The notes: a model not told the origin generated them from the letters alone. Counted from the whole stretch's first letter, positions 1 through 12,428 are shown. The stretch is 63,015 nt of DNA, filler included, from Rhabdomonas costata (GCA_019059605.1; 43 parts of 43 records of this genome joined end to end with filler, not necessarily neighbours in it), one strand, 5' to 3'. A program made the numbers and translations.

Positions 1-359
1 GTTGTGGGGGTGAGCCGGAACACTTGCGTTTCTAGCCGTGCTAGGGGCCATTTAAGGGCCATTTTGGAGTGTTTATGGGCCCCTGCCTTTACAGGGCTTG
101 GAAGGGCCCTTTGGGTTTTGGGTTTGGGTTTGGGGCTACATCGAGCTTGGGTTTTGATGAGAGAAAGAACTTTAGGCGTCCGCCCACCTGCACGCCGGTG
201 TGTCAGCAACGATTTATTTGCATAGGATTGCAAGTCTCTGCTGAGCGGAAAGTTTGCCTTGTGCTTTCGTTTATTTGGGCATCTTTGGCCAGGAGAGTGG
301 ATGGTAATGCGATTTCATTAGGATGGCTATTGAGATTTTCTCGTCCTTTTCATGTGCAG

Positions 360-1367
360 GTTCTTCGGGATACCACGGAATTGGATCTGAGGCAAAGCGA
401 GTGCGTCGAGGCGGTGATTTCGAATGGAGGCTCTATGCTCTCGCTGATCAATGATATTCTGGTGTGCGCGGCGACACCTAGCTCTGCTTTAAGGATTTCT
501 TGCTTTGCCTATTTGGTCATTAACACGGCCATTCACAAGGTCGATAATTAGGAGTGTGGTTATAACGACGACGACCATGGCGCTCAATGTCCCACCCGTG
601 ACTTCAGCAGGCCCGAGAACATGTGACTTGAGGCACAGCAGGACACGGGGAGCCAGCATGACCCACCCAATGCTTGTGGACGGCGTTTTTCTTCGGGGGT
701 TGTCGTTGTGGAGTTCAGCCTTGCGACTGTTCTTTTTGCAGGACTTCAGCAAGCTGGAGGCGGATGGGCTGGCGCTGGAGCTCACCGCCTTCAGCCCTCG
801 GGAAGTGGTGGAGCAGGCTGCGGCTGTGGTGCAGGTCAAGGCCGAGGAGAAGGGCCTGCAGCTCGTGGTTCGTGTGCAGCCTGGGGTGCCGCGGGAGTGC
901 GTGGGGGACTCCAGCCGGCTGAAGCGGGTACTGCTGAACCTGTTGAGCAATGGTATGAGCGATGAGATAGGTTGGGGGGGCTTTGCCTTGGGATGGTAAA
1001 ATCACTTTATATGATATGCTGCATTGGGCTTCTTCGTTGTATCAATGAAGGCGTCGGCTTGCAAGATGAGGCTGATATCCTGTGTTTCTGAGCAAGTGTA
1101 CCCGGCGGTAGAACGCAGGAATCTCGTAGGGACTTCATCGTACCTCGCTTGCGTCGTGGATTTGGACGTCGTGTCTCGTGTTTTGCGTCTTTGTCATCGT
1201 TTTATTCACCACGACAACCATTTTCTTGAATTGCTTCCACATTGCTTGATTCACCATATTTTGAAAAAAAAAACAATCCCGCCACAGGGGTCAAGTTCAC
1301 CGACCAGGGCAGCGTCTGCATCACTTGCGGAGTGGATGAGAACCCCCAGTCCTTCACCGTGGCGGGA
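360..1367 (+). CDS. Sensor/hybrid histidine kinase, partial (end of HisKA plus HATPase N-box); exons 360-461, 742-952, 1288->1367
   Basis: The spliced product VLRDTTELDLRQSECVEAVISNGGSMLSLINDIL|DFSKLEA...VGDSSRLKRVLLNLLSN|GVKFTDQGSVCI matches the LINDILDFSKLEA and GD..RL.Q.L.NL.SNA.KFT..G motifs. Both introns are GT-AG with consistent phase. Confidence 0.92.
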
Positions 1368-1467
1368 NNNNNNNNNNNNNNNNNNNNNNNNNNNNNNNNN
1401 NNNNNNNNNNNTTAATTAATTAANNNNNNNNNNNNNNNNNNNNNNNNNNNNNNNNNNNNNNNNNNNN
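1368..1467. other. Artificial contig spacer (first of 42 identical spacers)
   Basis: N44 + TTAATTAATTAA + N44 recurs about every 1468 nt and separates 43 contigs of about 1364-1381 nt. Confidence 0.99.
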
Positions 1468-2699
1468 ATCAACACAAGTGTCCCTAGTCAAAGAAGAGTA
1501 CATCGCTCAGATGTTTTGCCGCGGCCTCCTGCAGTACTGGTCTGCTGGTCTTCCCAGGGAAGCTCCCTTCGTCTGTTTGGAGCGCGTAAGCAGGGTGCTG
1601 GGAGGAACTTGCTCCGCAAAAGCCCCAGTCGGATCAGGTGGTCTCCGGCGGGAGTAGGTCGTCACATTTGAAATGCGAGGTTCAGCTTTATCCACGGCTT
1701 TTTTTTTGCTAGGTTGCCGTGTACGCGAGTGGTTAAGTGTGTGAACAGCGTGGGGTCAATGGCAGCGTCCGTGCCGTTTTTCAGTTTCGAGATCAAGAGA
1801 TCAAGAGGTCCGCTGGTCGTTTGTGACCCTGTGCTCACTTTGTCTGTTGCCAGTGCCAAAAAAATCTCTTGCGTTACCTTCGGTGAACTCTCTCTGAGGC
1901 AGTCCTTTGTGGAGTCAGGTGGCGTTCTGCTTATTCGCTAAAAGAAAATCGTCGGATATTTTCCGTACATCTTGGTCTGGGGATTGTGTTTGTTTGTGTA
2001 GAAACAAGTGTAAATACGTTTTTTCGTGTTTAAGGCTTGCGGAGTGCGCTGTCCCGCTATACTATTGGCACCCCGTTTGTGCGGGCGTGCCTATTCCGAT
2101 TTCCGTAAGTGAAATGGTGTTTCGCCGAAAATTTATTGATGATCAATGGTATTATAGCTGTGGTATTATGGTTAGTTATGGTTATATGGGCTACATTCAA
2201 ATGAAACTATCAATGGAATCATGTTGACACTTTATGATGTCCTGCACCTCTGCAGTGCCGAAACAAAGCTCCCAGAGTGGCTAACAGGCAGTGGCTGCAG
2301 GAAAGGTTTGTGAAAGTTGTTTGTTTTTGCCCAGCAGGACATTGCTAAGGTGAGCAGCGTTCTTTCCCAGTGAGTGCTTCGGATAGCTCTTCCTATACTT
2401 TGTTCACAAAGAACAGGCAGATATCCCTCTTGTATGGCCGGTGAAGGGGAAACGGACTGTTCAGCAAGGGCGACACCCCCTGCAGGCCGTCACTGTCCGT
2501 CTAGTTTTCTTTAGGGGAGTGGGGGGAGCGGTGTCACTCAAATTTCATAAATTTATTTTAACTTTCATGAAATTTTTGAGTGTAGGAATGGGGGCATTCC
2601 GGCATATTTTCACCGATTCGATAATGGTTGGTTTTGGCTCTGCAATGGAAATGGACAGTTTTATTTGAAGGTGAGGCCAGTCCGCGACACCGCCGGATG

Positions 2700-2835
2700 G
2701 GGGTGGAGGGCATAACAGGGATTCGGAAGCCCAGTCGACCAAGGGGGTGTGGCTCTCCGTCGTAAGGATGTCGTAAGGAGTCCAGAGTTTGCACTTAGTT
2801 GAGTTGACCTTCACCTCCAGCTCCGCAAAACCCAC
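2700..2835 (-). pseudogene. Possible degenerate non-LTR retrotransposon RT fragment (C-terminal RT region)
   Basis: GFAELEVKVNSTKCKLWTP resembles the G L.vN..KC.lW motif of non-LTR RTs. The match is short. Confidence 0.3.
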
Positions 2836-3061
2836 NNNNNNNNNNNNNNNNNNNNNNNNNNNNNNNNNNNNNNNNNNNNTTAATTAATTAANNNNNNNNN
2901 NNNNNNNNNNNNNNNNNNNNNNNNNNNNNNNNNNNGGTGTGTGGTAGGTGCTTTGAATTACTTCCTTGCTGTGTTTTTGCGCTGTGGCCAAGTGCTCAAT
3001 GGAAGTTTCTTTTTCCGCTATGGCGCGGATGTGATTGTGGGTGGGTGGGTGTGTATTTCAG

Positions 3062-3753
3062 TGCCAACGTGTGCCACAATGACCTGCCCGGCCAAGACGT
3101 TGCTGCGCGCGAATCCCGCCTCCATCTTATGCAGCGCTCTGGAGTGCACTGCAGATGAGTGCTGCGTGCATGGTAAGTGCAGCTGCTAGTCTGAGGGAGG
3201 TGAAATGGATTTTTAAATTGACTTGACTTTCCCAATTCGTGTCATATCCACATGCACGACAATGCTTGGCCGGCCCAAGCTCTGAAAACTCCGAGTACGG
3301 CTGCCAGTGGTGATGGTGATTTTTCCCATTGGATATACACCCCAGGCTATATTTCTGCCCCAGCCGGCCGCACTCCGACCGCCGAAATTCCAGCAACAAG
3401 GTGCTTTGCAACACCACAAGCTACCAGTTGCCTCTGGCAAAAGTTATTCCATTCGTCAACCTCAGCTGGGCAAAGAGCTGTGCATTGTTGGCCCTTCTCA
3501 GCGACGGCGTTGTCAGGAGCTCCTCCTAAACCGGCTGCATGGCTTCTGTTTGTCTCTGAATGAACCAAACACGCTCTCGCTGCCCTTCCCTTACTTTTTC
3601 GTTGCTTGCGTTTTTGAGGGTTGAGGGGGGGGGCGTCAGCTCCGACCTGCGCCACAATGACGTCCTGCCCGAAGAAGCATGTGCCTCGCCCTGATCCTTC
3701 CTCTATCTTCTGCCGCGGCTTTGCTTGCACCACTGAGGAGTGCTGCGTCCCAT
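3062..3753 (+). CDS. Cys-rich repeat protein, probably extracellular; one repeat per exon (3062-3172, 3640-3753)
   Basis: PTCATMTCPAKTLLRANPASILCSALECTADECCVH and PTCATMTSCPKKHVPRPDPSSIFCRGFACTTEECCVP are homologous 6-Cys units. Each is bounded by AG and GT in phase 1. Confidence 0.8.
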
Positions 3754-4536
3754 GTATGCGGCGAGGGGTACGTGCAACGGGGTTTGGATATGTGTGTTGT
3801 GCCCTCTTCGAAATTAAAGAACCCATACTGAAGTCCAAGACTTGGAACCACGGGAAACCCCGATAATCTCACGCAACAGAAGTGTGTTTTCACACAAACC
3901 CCACCTCTTCCCGATTTTCTTGTGCCTCACAGACTCTTTCGCTGCTTTTCCTGCTCTTTTTCTCTCACACTCTCTCTCTGGTTCGCTCGATCTTTCGAGC
4001 AACTTCCCCGAGTAAAGGGTTTGGTGTACTCGTCACAAACACAAGTGCAGATCAAGTGTTGCATCATGGGACTGACCGAGAACCGTGCCCATGCTCTTCG
4101 TCGCTAGTGTATACAAACTCACCCTCGTCTGTCGTCACTTAGTCCCTCAAGCCTATCAAGAATATCAAGTGCATTTATGCACCCCCCCCCTGAACAAGAC
4201 ATGCTGAAAAGAGTCCCACGGGACCCGTGCATCACCTCCTAACCCTCTGCACTCCAACGAAGGGGCCCATAAAAGCACTAGTTCACAGCCAAAAAAAAGA
4301 GTGAACCCACACCCCCNNNNNNNNNNNNNNNNNNNNNNNNNNNNNNNNNNNNNNNNNNNNTTAATTAATTAANNNNNNNNNNNNNNNNNNNNNNNNNNNN
4401 NNNNNNNNNNNNNNNNGGTTGTGTTGGGAATGAAGAACGAGGGATTATTGTCAGGGGTTTTAAGTTTGTGTTCATTAAGTCTCTCTCTCTCTCTCGAGTG
4501 TGAGTGTATGTGTGTGATTGGGGTGGGGGGCGTCAG

Positions 4537-5738
4537 GGTGCTTTTCGACTGCCACGGGGAGGTTCTACTATGCCCACGGCGACCGCGTCCATGTCCTGGA
4601 CATGGCCACCCTCTCCGTGGACCTGCTGCTCAGCGAGCTTCCTGATGTCACCTCCCTGGCCACTCTCATAGAGGTCCAATCTCATCCTATCCTACCTCTC
4701 CCCATCCCATCTCTTCCCACGGATGATTTCACTTTTTGTGCTAGGGTTTGTGACAAGAAGAGAACACTTTCGCTCTAAGACCAGATTGGGGTGAGATTGA
4801 TCCTCCGGGATGTAATCATCATGCGTGATAGTTCAACGGGCAAAGCACGTTCAAAACAAACCTTTGAAAATGCGTTGGTGTTGTTGCATCCAAGGGTAAA
4901 AATGAGGCATTTGAGCTGGGTTGTTCTCGAGTTTCCTTGTGAAGCTACGGCTGATGAAACACTTAACAATCCATGATTCTTGAACGTTTTTTGGATGAGT
5001 GAAATAAACGTGTCCATGGCAATATGGGATATTAGGGGTTACGATGCAGGGTTTGGTTGCATCACCGACTGACCACAATGTGGCTACCAAACAGTGACTG
5101 GAACGCACCTGTTGTTCCAGCTTTGGGTTGGTAGCGGACAGCGAACGGACAACGAACCCCTCTCACGCAGCCCACGACTGGGGAGGAGATGCTGATCCTT
5201 TTCAGCGGAAGGCAAATGCTGAAACTCTCGGCCACAACAACCCCGTCTCTGACTCAGCTGTGCACCCTGCCCAGCCGCTGCTCCGCCAGCGTGGGCGTGG
5301 TGTGCTGAGCCCTCCATACCCCGACCCTTCCCCAATCTCACCTCGTCGGGGGGCCGATGCCGGTCTCATGTCAACCAGCGCGTTATCATCACCCGTGCGC
5401 GATTTACTGACATGGGGGCTGTGGTTATTCTTGGAACCGAATAACAATCACTTTTTTATTTAGTAAGAAATTGGCCAGAGACCGCTGGTTTGGCTGCAGA
5501 GTCGTTTCGCATTTTTGTTGGAATTCAGCTGTGAAGGCTGGCTCGCATTCCATATACATCTATTTTACTGACACGGGGCACACCACGAGCGCGCCACCCA
5601 CTCCTCACGTCACGGGCACTCGGGGTATCTGCAGGCACACAAGGTGTACTTCGCCACGGGGGCAGGGCTGTGGGTGCTGACGGCGGTGGACTGGCAGATC
5701 CGCTTGCTGGGAAGAGACACCCACGGCCACTACACGCA
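4537..5738 (+). CDS. Hypothetical multi-exon protein, possibly beta-propeller (exons about 4537-4673, 5171-5299, 5635-5738)
   Basis: GC3-rich segments bounded by AG/GT encode GRFYYAHGDRVHVLDMATLSV, PTTGEEMLILFSGRQMLKLS and HKVYFATGAGLWVLTAVDWQIRLL, which have a beta-strand pattern. Confidence 0.45.
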
Positions 5739-6530
5739 GTGGGAAGGCGACATCACTCTGTTATTCGTCCTTTCCCAAAACAACNNNNNNNNNNNNNNNN
5801 NNNNNNNNNNNNNNNNNNNNNNNNNNNNTTAATTAATTAANNNNNNNNNNNNNNNNNNNNNNNNNNNNNNNNNNNNNNNNNNNNTGGGTCAGAGAGTGTT
5901 TTCTTGCGGACATCATTCCAGATGCGTTCCAGTGAGCTCCGCTCACATTCATTTATGGAAGTGGGGCCCCAATGGGTTAAAAGTAAACGTTTCGCACTGC
6001 AAACCTTTTTCTTTGGCTTTCGGGGAGTACTGGAAATGTCGTGGCTGGGCTTTGGAGGACGACAGGGACATATTCATTTTAGACACAGAGGCCATTCAGC
6101 GGCGCGGTGCAAGCGGGCAGATAGGTTGCGCGGAAAGCGGGCGCCGCAGGTGGGAACGCGACCTTGAGGGATGTAATGACATGCTTTCATCGGAGTAGTA
6201 GTTCTCTGGTAAAGTTCCCTCCCCCCAGGGTCATAAGCCCCCACACGAAAAAAAGGTTGGCACGTTCCATAAGGTGGGTAATACTTCATTTGGAGATGCA
6301 ACCGAAGGGTCACCTTTTTGGTGATGTTACCTCAAACGCACAAGGGTTTAAGTGAACTGCGTCACCGACTCCAAGATGAATTTAGGGGCGAGGGGTTTAG
6401 GGGTGTGGTTTATCATACTGAATTGATGCTTTCCCCAAAGACCTGAAGATAAGAAAAAATGTCGTCGAGGGTCGGGTGGGGTGGTAAAATTCTGTGGAAC
6501 CCTACTGATCTCCGCAGTCCCTGTGCGAAC

Positions 6531-6860
6531 CTTCTCCCCGGTCCCCCCAACCCTCGATTTCTGCGCCGGTGCATTCTCGGCCTGGAAGATCTGCTTGCCC
6601 CGGCTCACCCTCTCCCGCAGCGCCGCGAGGTGGGCGTGGGCCACCACCGCGGCGACGGGCAGCAGGTGGGCTGCAGCGGGCGACCCCACAAGAGTGGCGA
6701 ACAGGTCGGTGCAGGTGCACAGGATAAGGCTGAGCAGGCGGGCCCGCTCCCAGTCCCCCGCGGAGATGAACTGCGTCATCGCCACTCGCAGACCCTCCAG
6801 CACTGTGGAGCGCTGCGCCAGCTCCACCCGAAGGACGTTGGCATCTACCATGGAGCTGAC
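6531..6860 (-). CDS. Hypothetical protein exon (helical)
   Basis: GC-rich open frame VSSMVDANVLRVELAQRSTVLEGLRVAM...RGKQIFQAENAP with a CAG acceptor and a GT donor. No family recognised. Confidence 0.5.
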
Positions 6861-8820
6861 CTGGAGCCCCGCACCCCTCAAGTAGGTTTCTGGCCCAACA
6901 CCTCGTGAGGCAGTGTGACTGAAAGATCTCCCATGGTTACCTCAACCCTTCATCTGGTGCTTATTAGGAAAAGCAGCCCCCCCTCCCACAAACGGAATCT
7001 GACATCGTGTGCACATAATGCACTGGCATTGTCCTGCGCCCTTCCCCAAATCAGTGTACGTTGCTATATTAGTGCGTTATACCACTATTCGGGGGGGGGG
7101 CTCTCCCTCCCGCAACTCCCTCTTACACGTGTTCCATGTGCCGCTCATGCCACACACACACGACCAGTAAAACAAAAAACTTCCCCCCCTCCCGTGGCGG
7201 CGGCTGACCTCCACACAAAATTCTGTGCCCCTCTCCCCAAAAAACCAAACACNNNNNNNNNNNNNNNNNNNNNNNNNNNNNNNNNNNNNNNNNNNNTTAA
7301 TTAATTAANNNNNNNNNNNNNNNNNNNNNNNNNNNNNNNNNNNNNNNNNNNNGGTTGGGTTGGGTTGGGGTTGGGGGTGGGGGTATTTGCATGCGTGCGT
7401 GTGTTGGAGGCCTCTTGGGGCCCAGATTGAATTTTTTCTTCCCCCTTTTCTAGGCTGCTTTGGTTTTTTTTACTCTAGTAGTTTCTGGTCATTTTGCCGA
7501 TCCTCGATTGTCACACGCACCCTTCTCTTCGGATCTACACCATTCACGTCCTCGCACATCTACGTCCTCGTCCCCGAGTACCCCGGTCACCCCCGGGTGT
7601 CGTGGGATGGGTTCCTGCCGCCGCCATTACTCTGCCACATTGCTGTTAGCAACCGTGCAGGTGAACACACTGTTCCCTCACACGTATATACTGTGCAGTT
7701 GGAGGAGCGAAAACCTCCATGCACTTCCACACCGCACATTGCTTTGTTAGCTTTCTTTGCGTGCTCGGTGCTTGCTCTTGAGGGAGTGCTGCCTTAGAAT
7801 GCTTAGGGATTGACATCCGGCACTCTGCAATCCACGACCACGACGCTGGGGTTGCCTCGCCCCTTGCTTAAATTTGTTTCCCCGTCCTGACAACATACGC
7901 CTTGCCATATTTGATCGCCCCTGCCTACTCGCGCCTCTTTTGCAGCGCGCTCGCGCTGACTCAAAGGTGGTCATCTCTGAGGTGTGTCCAACTGTGTCCT
8001 GTGTACCCTGTATCCCCGAGACGAAGGCAGAGTGTCGGTTTCTGTGAGAATTCTTCTGTGAGAGCAACGCTGGCGGCCGTGTTGCCTTTTCTGTGGAGCG
8101 GGCGGGGGAGCGGGAGATACGGTGTAGGGGAGAAGGTTCTGTTGCGTGTGCTGACGGGGATGAGGCTGCGGTGGTGTTTCCCGTTAGGCCTTTACTGGAT
8201 TGCTTCGACGATGAGAGTGCAATCGCTTTCATCGGCTGATCTTTTTTTTGTCAATCGTGCCGTTGAACCCCGCGCCAACCGTCACGCTGTGGAGGCATTT
8301 TCCTGGGCCTTTCATTGACTTGTGTTGTTTCATTGGATGAAGTTTGCTTGCAAGCTGCATTGGGCTCAGGTATCACCTTCGCACGTACCTGAGCACGTGA
8401 AGCTCGTAATGAACCGCCAACGCAGCTGCCCCGTTGGTGGTCACATTTGGGGAACAACTGAGGGGATTTCGCCATATTGAAGAGAACAGATGTGAGAAGG
8501 TACATGAATTCTACAATTCAACGAACGTCCTTTGCCAAGATGTCGACATGTGGTCACTGTCAACAGAACACATTGTTGCTATCTCCCTCCCTCTGTTTTG
8601 GCTCTCTTTTTGCTTTTTGAGCTGAGGGGATGGCGTGGACAGGCATCTGGTGCACACACACCCATTGTCCCCGAAGGGGTGGGCCGGCCTCCCCGCGGCG
8701 ATGACGATCACCCCACCCACNNNNNNNNNNNNNNNNNNNNNNNNNNNNNNNNNNNNNNNNNNNNTTAATTAATTAANNNNNNNNNNNNNNNNNNNNNNNN
8801 NNNNNNNNNNNNNNNNNNNN

Positions 8821-9980
8821 GGGGGTGTTGGCAGAGGAGAGCCCCCTCTGGCTCTCGAACTTCTGGATCATGCTGCTGAGGTAGGCCGACATGTTGTGCA
8901 CGGGGCCGAGGTTCATGTCGCTCAGCCAGCACAGGATGCTGTCCTGCTGCTCCAGGGGTTTCTTGCACAGATAGTTCAGCACGGCGTAGTCCAGGCTTTG
9001 GTATGTGATCCCCCACCGGGACTTCAGCGCGTTCCACCCCGAGGTGTTCACAGGGTGCACGTACCCACATCTGAAGCCACCCCGCCCCTTCACACACCAA
9101 AGAGCGGCACCACACATATCTGCATCATATGTGTACATGTATTGTACAACATCCATGAACAATGGGTCAGTTTTGGGTCAGTGACCCAACGGGAAGAATA
9201 ATGGTGCCGCCAAAGACAGCCCTCAACACTGCTGGCAGGGCCTTGAAAATCACAATAAGAACCTCAACAAGAAAACAATGCAGAGTGTGGAGCCATCACA
9301 TCGCCTTCCTTAGGCTCAGCGTATTTTCATCGTCGCGTAGTATGAGAAGAGATTATCGAAAGCAAGATGCACCGTAGTTTGGCACCTGACAGGGAACGGA
9401 ACGCCGGAATGAGGACGGAACACAAACCCAAACTCCGCAAATGAAAGAAGAAAGAAGCTGAGGGGGTGAGGGAGGTTTGCACACTTCTCGGGCTCGTCGC
9501 ACAGCCCGGCCAGGAAGTGCAGGCAGACTTGGTTGGTGCTCTCGTGCTCCTTGATGAGGCAGTTGAGGTACGCGGAGAGGTTGTTCACGTTGGAAAGGTC
9601 GATGGCCTGCCACCGCGGGACCACAAAAAGGAGGCCCAAGGACATTCAGGCAAAGCCTTCGGAAAATAGCTGATCATTTGTCTGCGCACTGAGGCAACCC
9701 TGGTCTCCTGCACACACACATACGTTACGCACCCTATCAAAGACGCGTACCGCGAACGACAGCAGGACTTGCTCCTGCTGCAGCGGAGTGCGAGCGCCGA
9801 GGTAGTTCAGCACGGCCAGATCCAGGTCCTCGCGGCCTATGCCCCAGATCTGCCTCAGGGCTGCCCAACCCGCCTGGTGGGGCTCGCCGCCTGCAGCCGC
9901 GGTGGCCTTCAGAATCTTCAGCACCTTCTCCGTGAAGCTGTCCGTCCAGGACGGCCCATGGTGGTGCTTATTCCCCACCG
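8821..9980 (-). CDS. Putative RNA-binding protein: hnRNP-Q acidic-domain-like repeat, CCCH zinc finger, second repeat; exons 9980-9751, 9606-9485, 9070-><8821
   Basis: Spliced product: ...GWAALRQIWGIGREDLDLAVLNYLGARTPLQQEQVLLSFA|AIDLSNVNNLSAYLNCLIKEHESTNQVCLHFLAGLCDEPEK|CGYVHPVNTSGWNALKSRWGITYQSLDYAVLNYLCKKPLEQQDSILCWLSDMNLGPVHNMSAYLSSMIQKFE. The C-x7-C-x5-C-x3-H finger is completed only by splicing. Confidence 0.75.
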
Positions 9981-12428
9981 CTGCAGCAGTCAAGCACAAC
10001 TCAACACAACACAACACAACACGTACAGAGGGAGCCCCTGCCAGTGTGCGCGTGTGTGTCGCACCCCATGTGCGATTGTGCCAATAGTGGTGGCACCCAC
10101 CTTGCCCGGTTGATCTGCAAGAAGTTCATTCATGCACAATGACATTACCCAAACCCACATAGAGACTTTTGTGCAGCTCAACCCCAACNNNNNNNNNNNN
10201 NNNNNNNNNNNNNNNNNNNNNNNNNNNNNNNNTTAATTAATTAANNNNNNNNNNNNNNNNNNNNNNNNNNNNNNNNNNNNNNNNNNNNGGGTGGGGTTTT
10301 TTTGTACCAATCTCTGTTTTTTATGGGAGTGGGATGTCAGAAAGCTCGTCTTGTGGCATTGTGAATTGAAGTTGAGCATTCGTCAGGTGCTGCTCTTCCC
10401 GTGAACGAATTTGCGTTGTTTTTCTCTCGTGGGGTATGTTCCTTCAATCTTGTCTTTTCCCTTGCAGATGTCGATCCTGGGTTTGATGTTCACACGTGGT
10501 ATGTCTCAGTGTCGATTCGGACCTTCCCTTCTCCGTTTCCTACAGCTCTTCGTGAGTGAATTTGAGGGAAGGCGGTGTTTTCTGTGTATGCATGTAACTG
10601 CAGCTGCACCAAGCTGCATCTCGCTTCACTTAATGATTGCCAAGAGTCAGTTAATCTTCCTCTGAGTTATCTCTCACCGGTTCCATTTGGGTTGATTGGG
10701 AAAGTGTTTCGCTCTGGTGCGAGGATTCGGTCTTCGAATTATTTGGGGAAATAATAGTCTCGTGTCATGCGTGGGAGTGACTCAGTGAGAGTGTCTCGTT
10801 TTTCACGTGGCCGATGCTGCAATTCCTTGAGAACCGCTTCTTGAACTGTGTCACAGAAATTTAGTTTATTCCTTCCTGTGCATCTTCTCAGGTCTGAAGA
10901 GATTTTTAAGGCATGGGAGGAAGGCAACAAGCGCCGGCAGCAAAAGCAGCAGCGTCCGCAGAGCCAGCCAGGAACAGGTACTTTCTGTCTCTTCCTCTTG
11001 CTTGTGGGGGAATGCTACAAAACCCTACTACTGACATTCATAACGCACCGTTCCTACTCCATGATGTCTAGGATGCTGAAGCAGCTGGGCGTTTTGGTTA
11101 GCTAGGATAACCACCACAGAATTATCTTGACGTAGATCCTTGGTGTGAGAATCACTGACAGAATCTTCGCGTGGTTGAATCCCCCTTCTCACCCAACATG
11201 GTGAATAAGCATGATCTGAATGGTGGCTGGGCTGGTATTCGTAAGTCAGCCCTCCCTGCGGCTGTCGCGAAGGAGAGGCAGTGATCCGCATCGAAAATAC
11301 CGCAAGTAGTATTTGCTCTCTCTCTCTCTCTCTTGCCAGGAAGCACCGGCAAACCCAGTGCACGGCGACATGCTCAAGCGGGCGGGTCAGAGGTTTGCCT
11401 AGCATGTGATTGCTACTGTGATTTCCAGTTTCCCCAGACTCCCCAGACTCCTTCAGTGAGGCAGTTTTACATGAAGTCTGAGACAGGTGCCTCACGCGAC
11501 GCCAGCGCTGAATAAGAACCACCTGCTCTTAAACCGGTCCGCAGCTTTGTTGTCAATTAACATTAGCAAATTTGTTTCACCCATTGTGCTTAAGCCGATG
11601 TTTTCTTTGGTTTAATGCACAATGGGTGAAACAAATTTGCTAATGTTAATTGACAANNNNNNNNNNNNNNNNNNNNNNNNNNNNNNNNNNNNNNNNNNNN
11701 TTAATTAATTAANNNNNNNNNNNNNNNNNNNNNNNNNNNNNNNNNNNNNNNNNNNNTGTGTGTGTTCTCCGCTGGGCTTTGTTGGGGCCTCTGCTGGGCT
11801 GCACTGACCTGCGGTCGTGAACCCTCGTCCTCCGCCGCCTTTTCTTCGGGAACAGCTCAGCAGGCACTGGCCTCGGCTGCCACGCAGCTGGAGATGACAA
11901 CAGCGGAGGTCAAGCTGCTGCTGTGGGTGTTTATGCAGACTTTGAGCTCCCCCTCCCCCTCCTTGGGCACGGACGTGGTCTTGCCCCTGGTGGGGATCAG
12001 ACTGTGCGGAGGAGCTGCGAGCGTTCGGATGGCAGTTAGCCTCTCCTGCCATGGACCCCGGCCTCATTCGGTACGTGTTGGCTGCACCGCTAAACCAGGG
12101 TTTTGTGGCGTGTACGTTTCACTGCAAGGATTGGGAGGGGAAAGACCCAAAGGTGTTTAAACGATTTTCAAACGAAATTCGCACTCCCTATCAAAAATTG
12201 CTTGTTCTGGCAACAATCAAAACACAGGTATAAGCACGTGTAAAATCTTACGCCTCAAAAAGTTTATGCGTGAGGATGTGTCTTTGTGAGGATGCCCCCC
12301 CCCCAGCCACTTCTGCACAGAGTCCGTTTTAGCTTGCACACACTTTTCGGCTTCTTTGCCTTTTACCCTCGCCCACACTTATGAACATTGCTGCTGTTTT
12401 TAGAGTGAACCACCCCTTTTCTTGCAGG

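Noticed and set aside
1368-1467. Regularly spaced identical TTAATTAATTAA motif resembling a CRISPR or tandem array
   Set aside because: It is a synthetic six-frame-stop linker embedded in Ns.
7353-7385. GGTTGGGTTGGG run resembling a telomere
   Set aside because: It is irregular, G/T-only and like many other contig starts, so it is better explained by amplification primers.
11550-11656. Perfect 40-bp inverted repeat
   Set aside because: It runs exactly to the contig end, consistent with the same foldback artefact.
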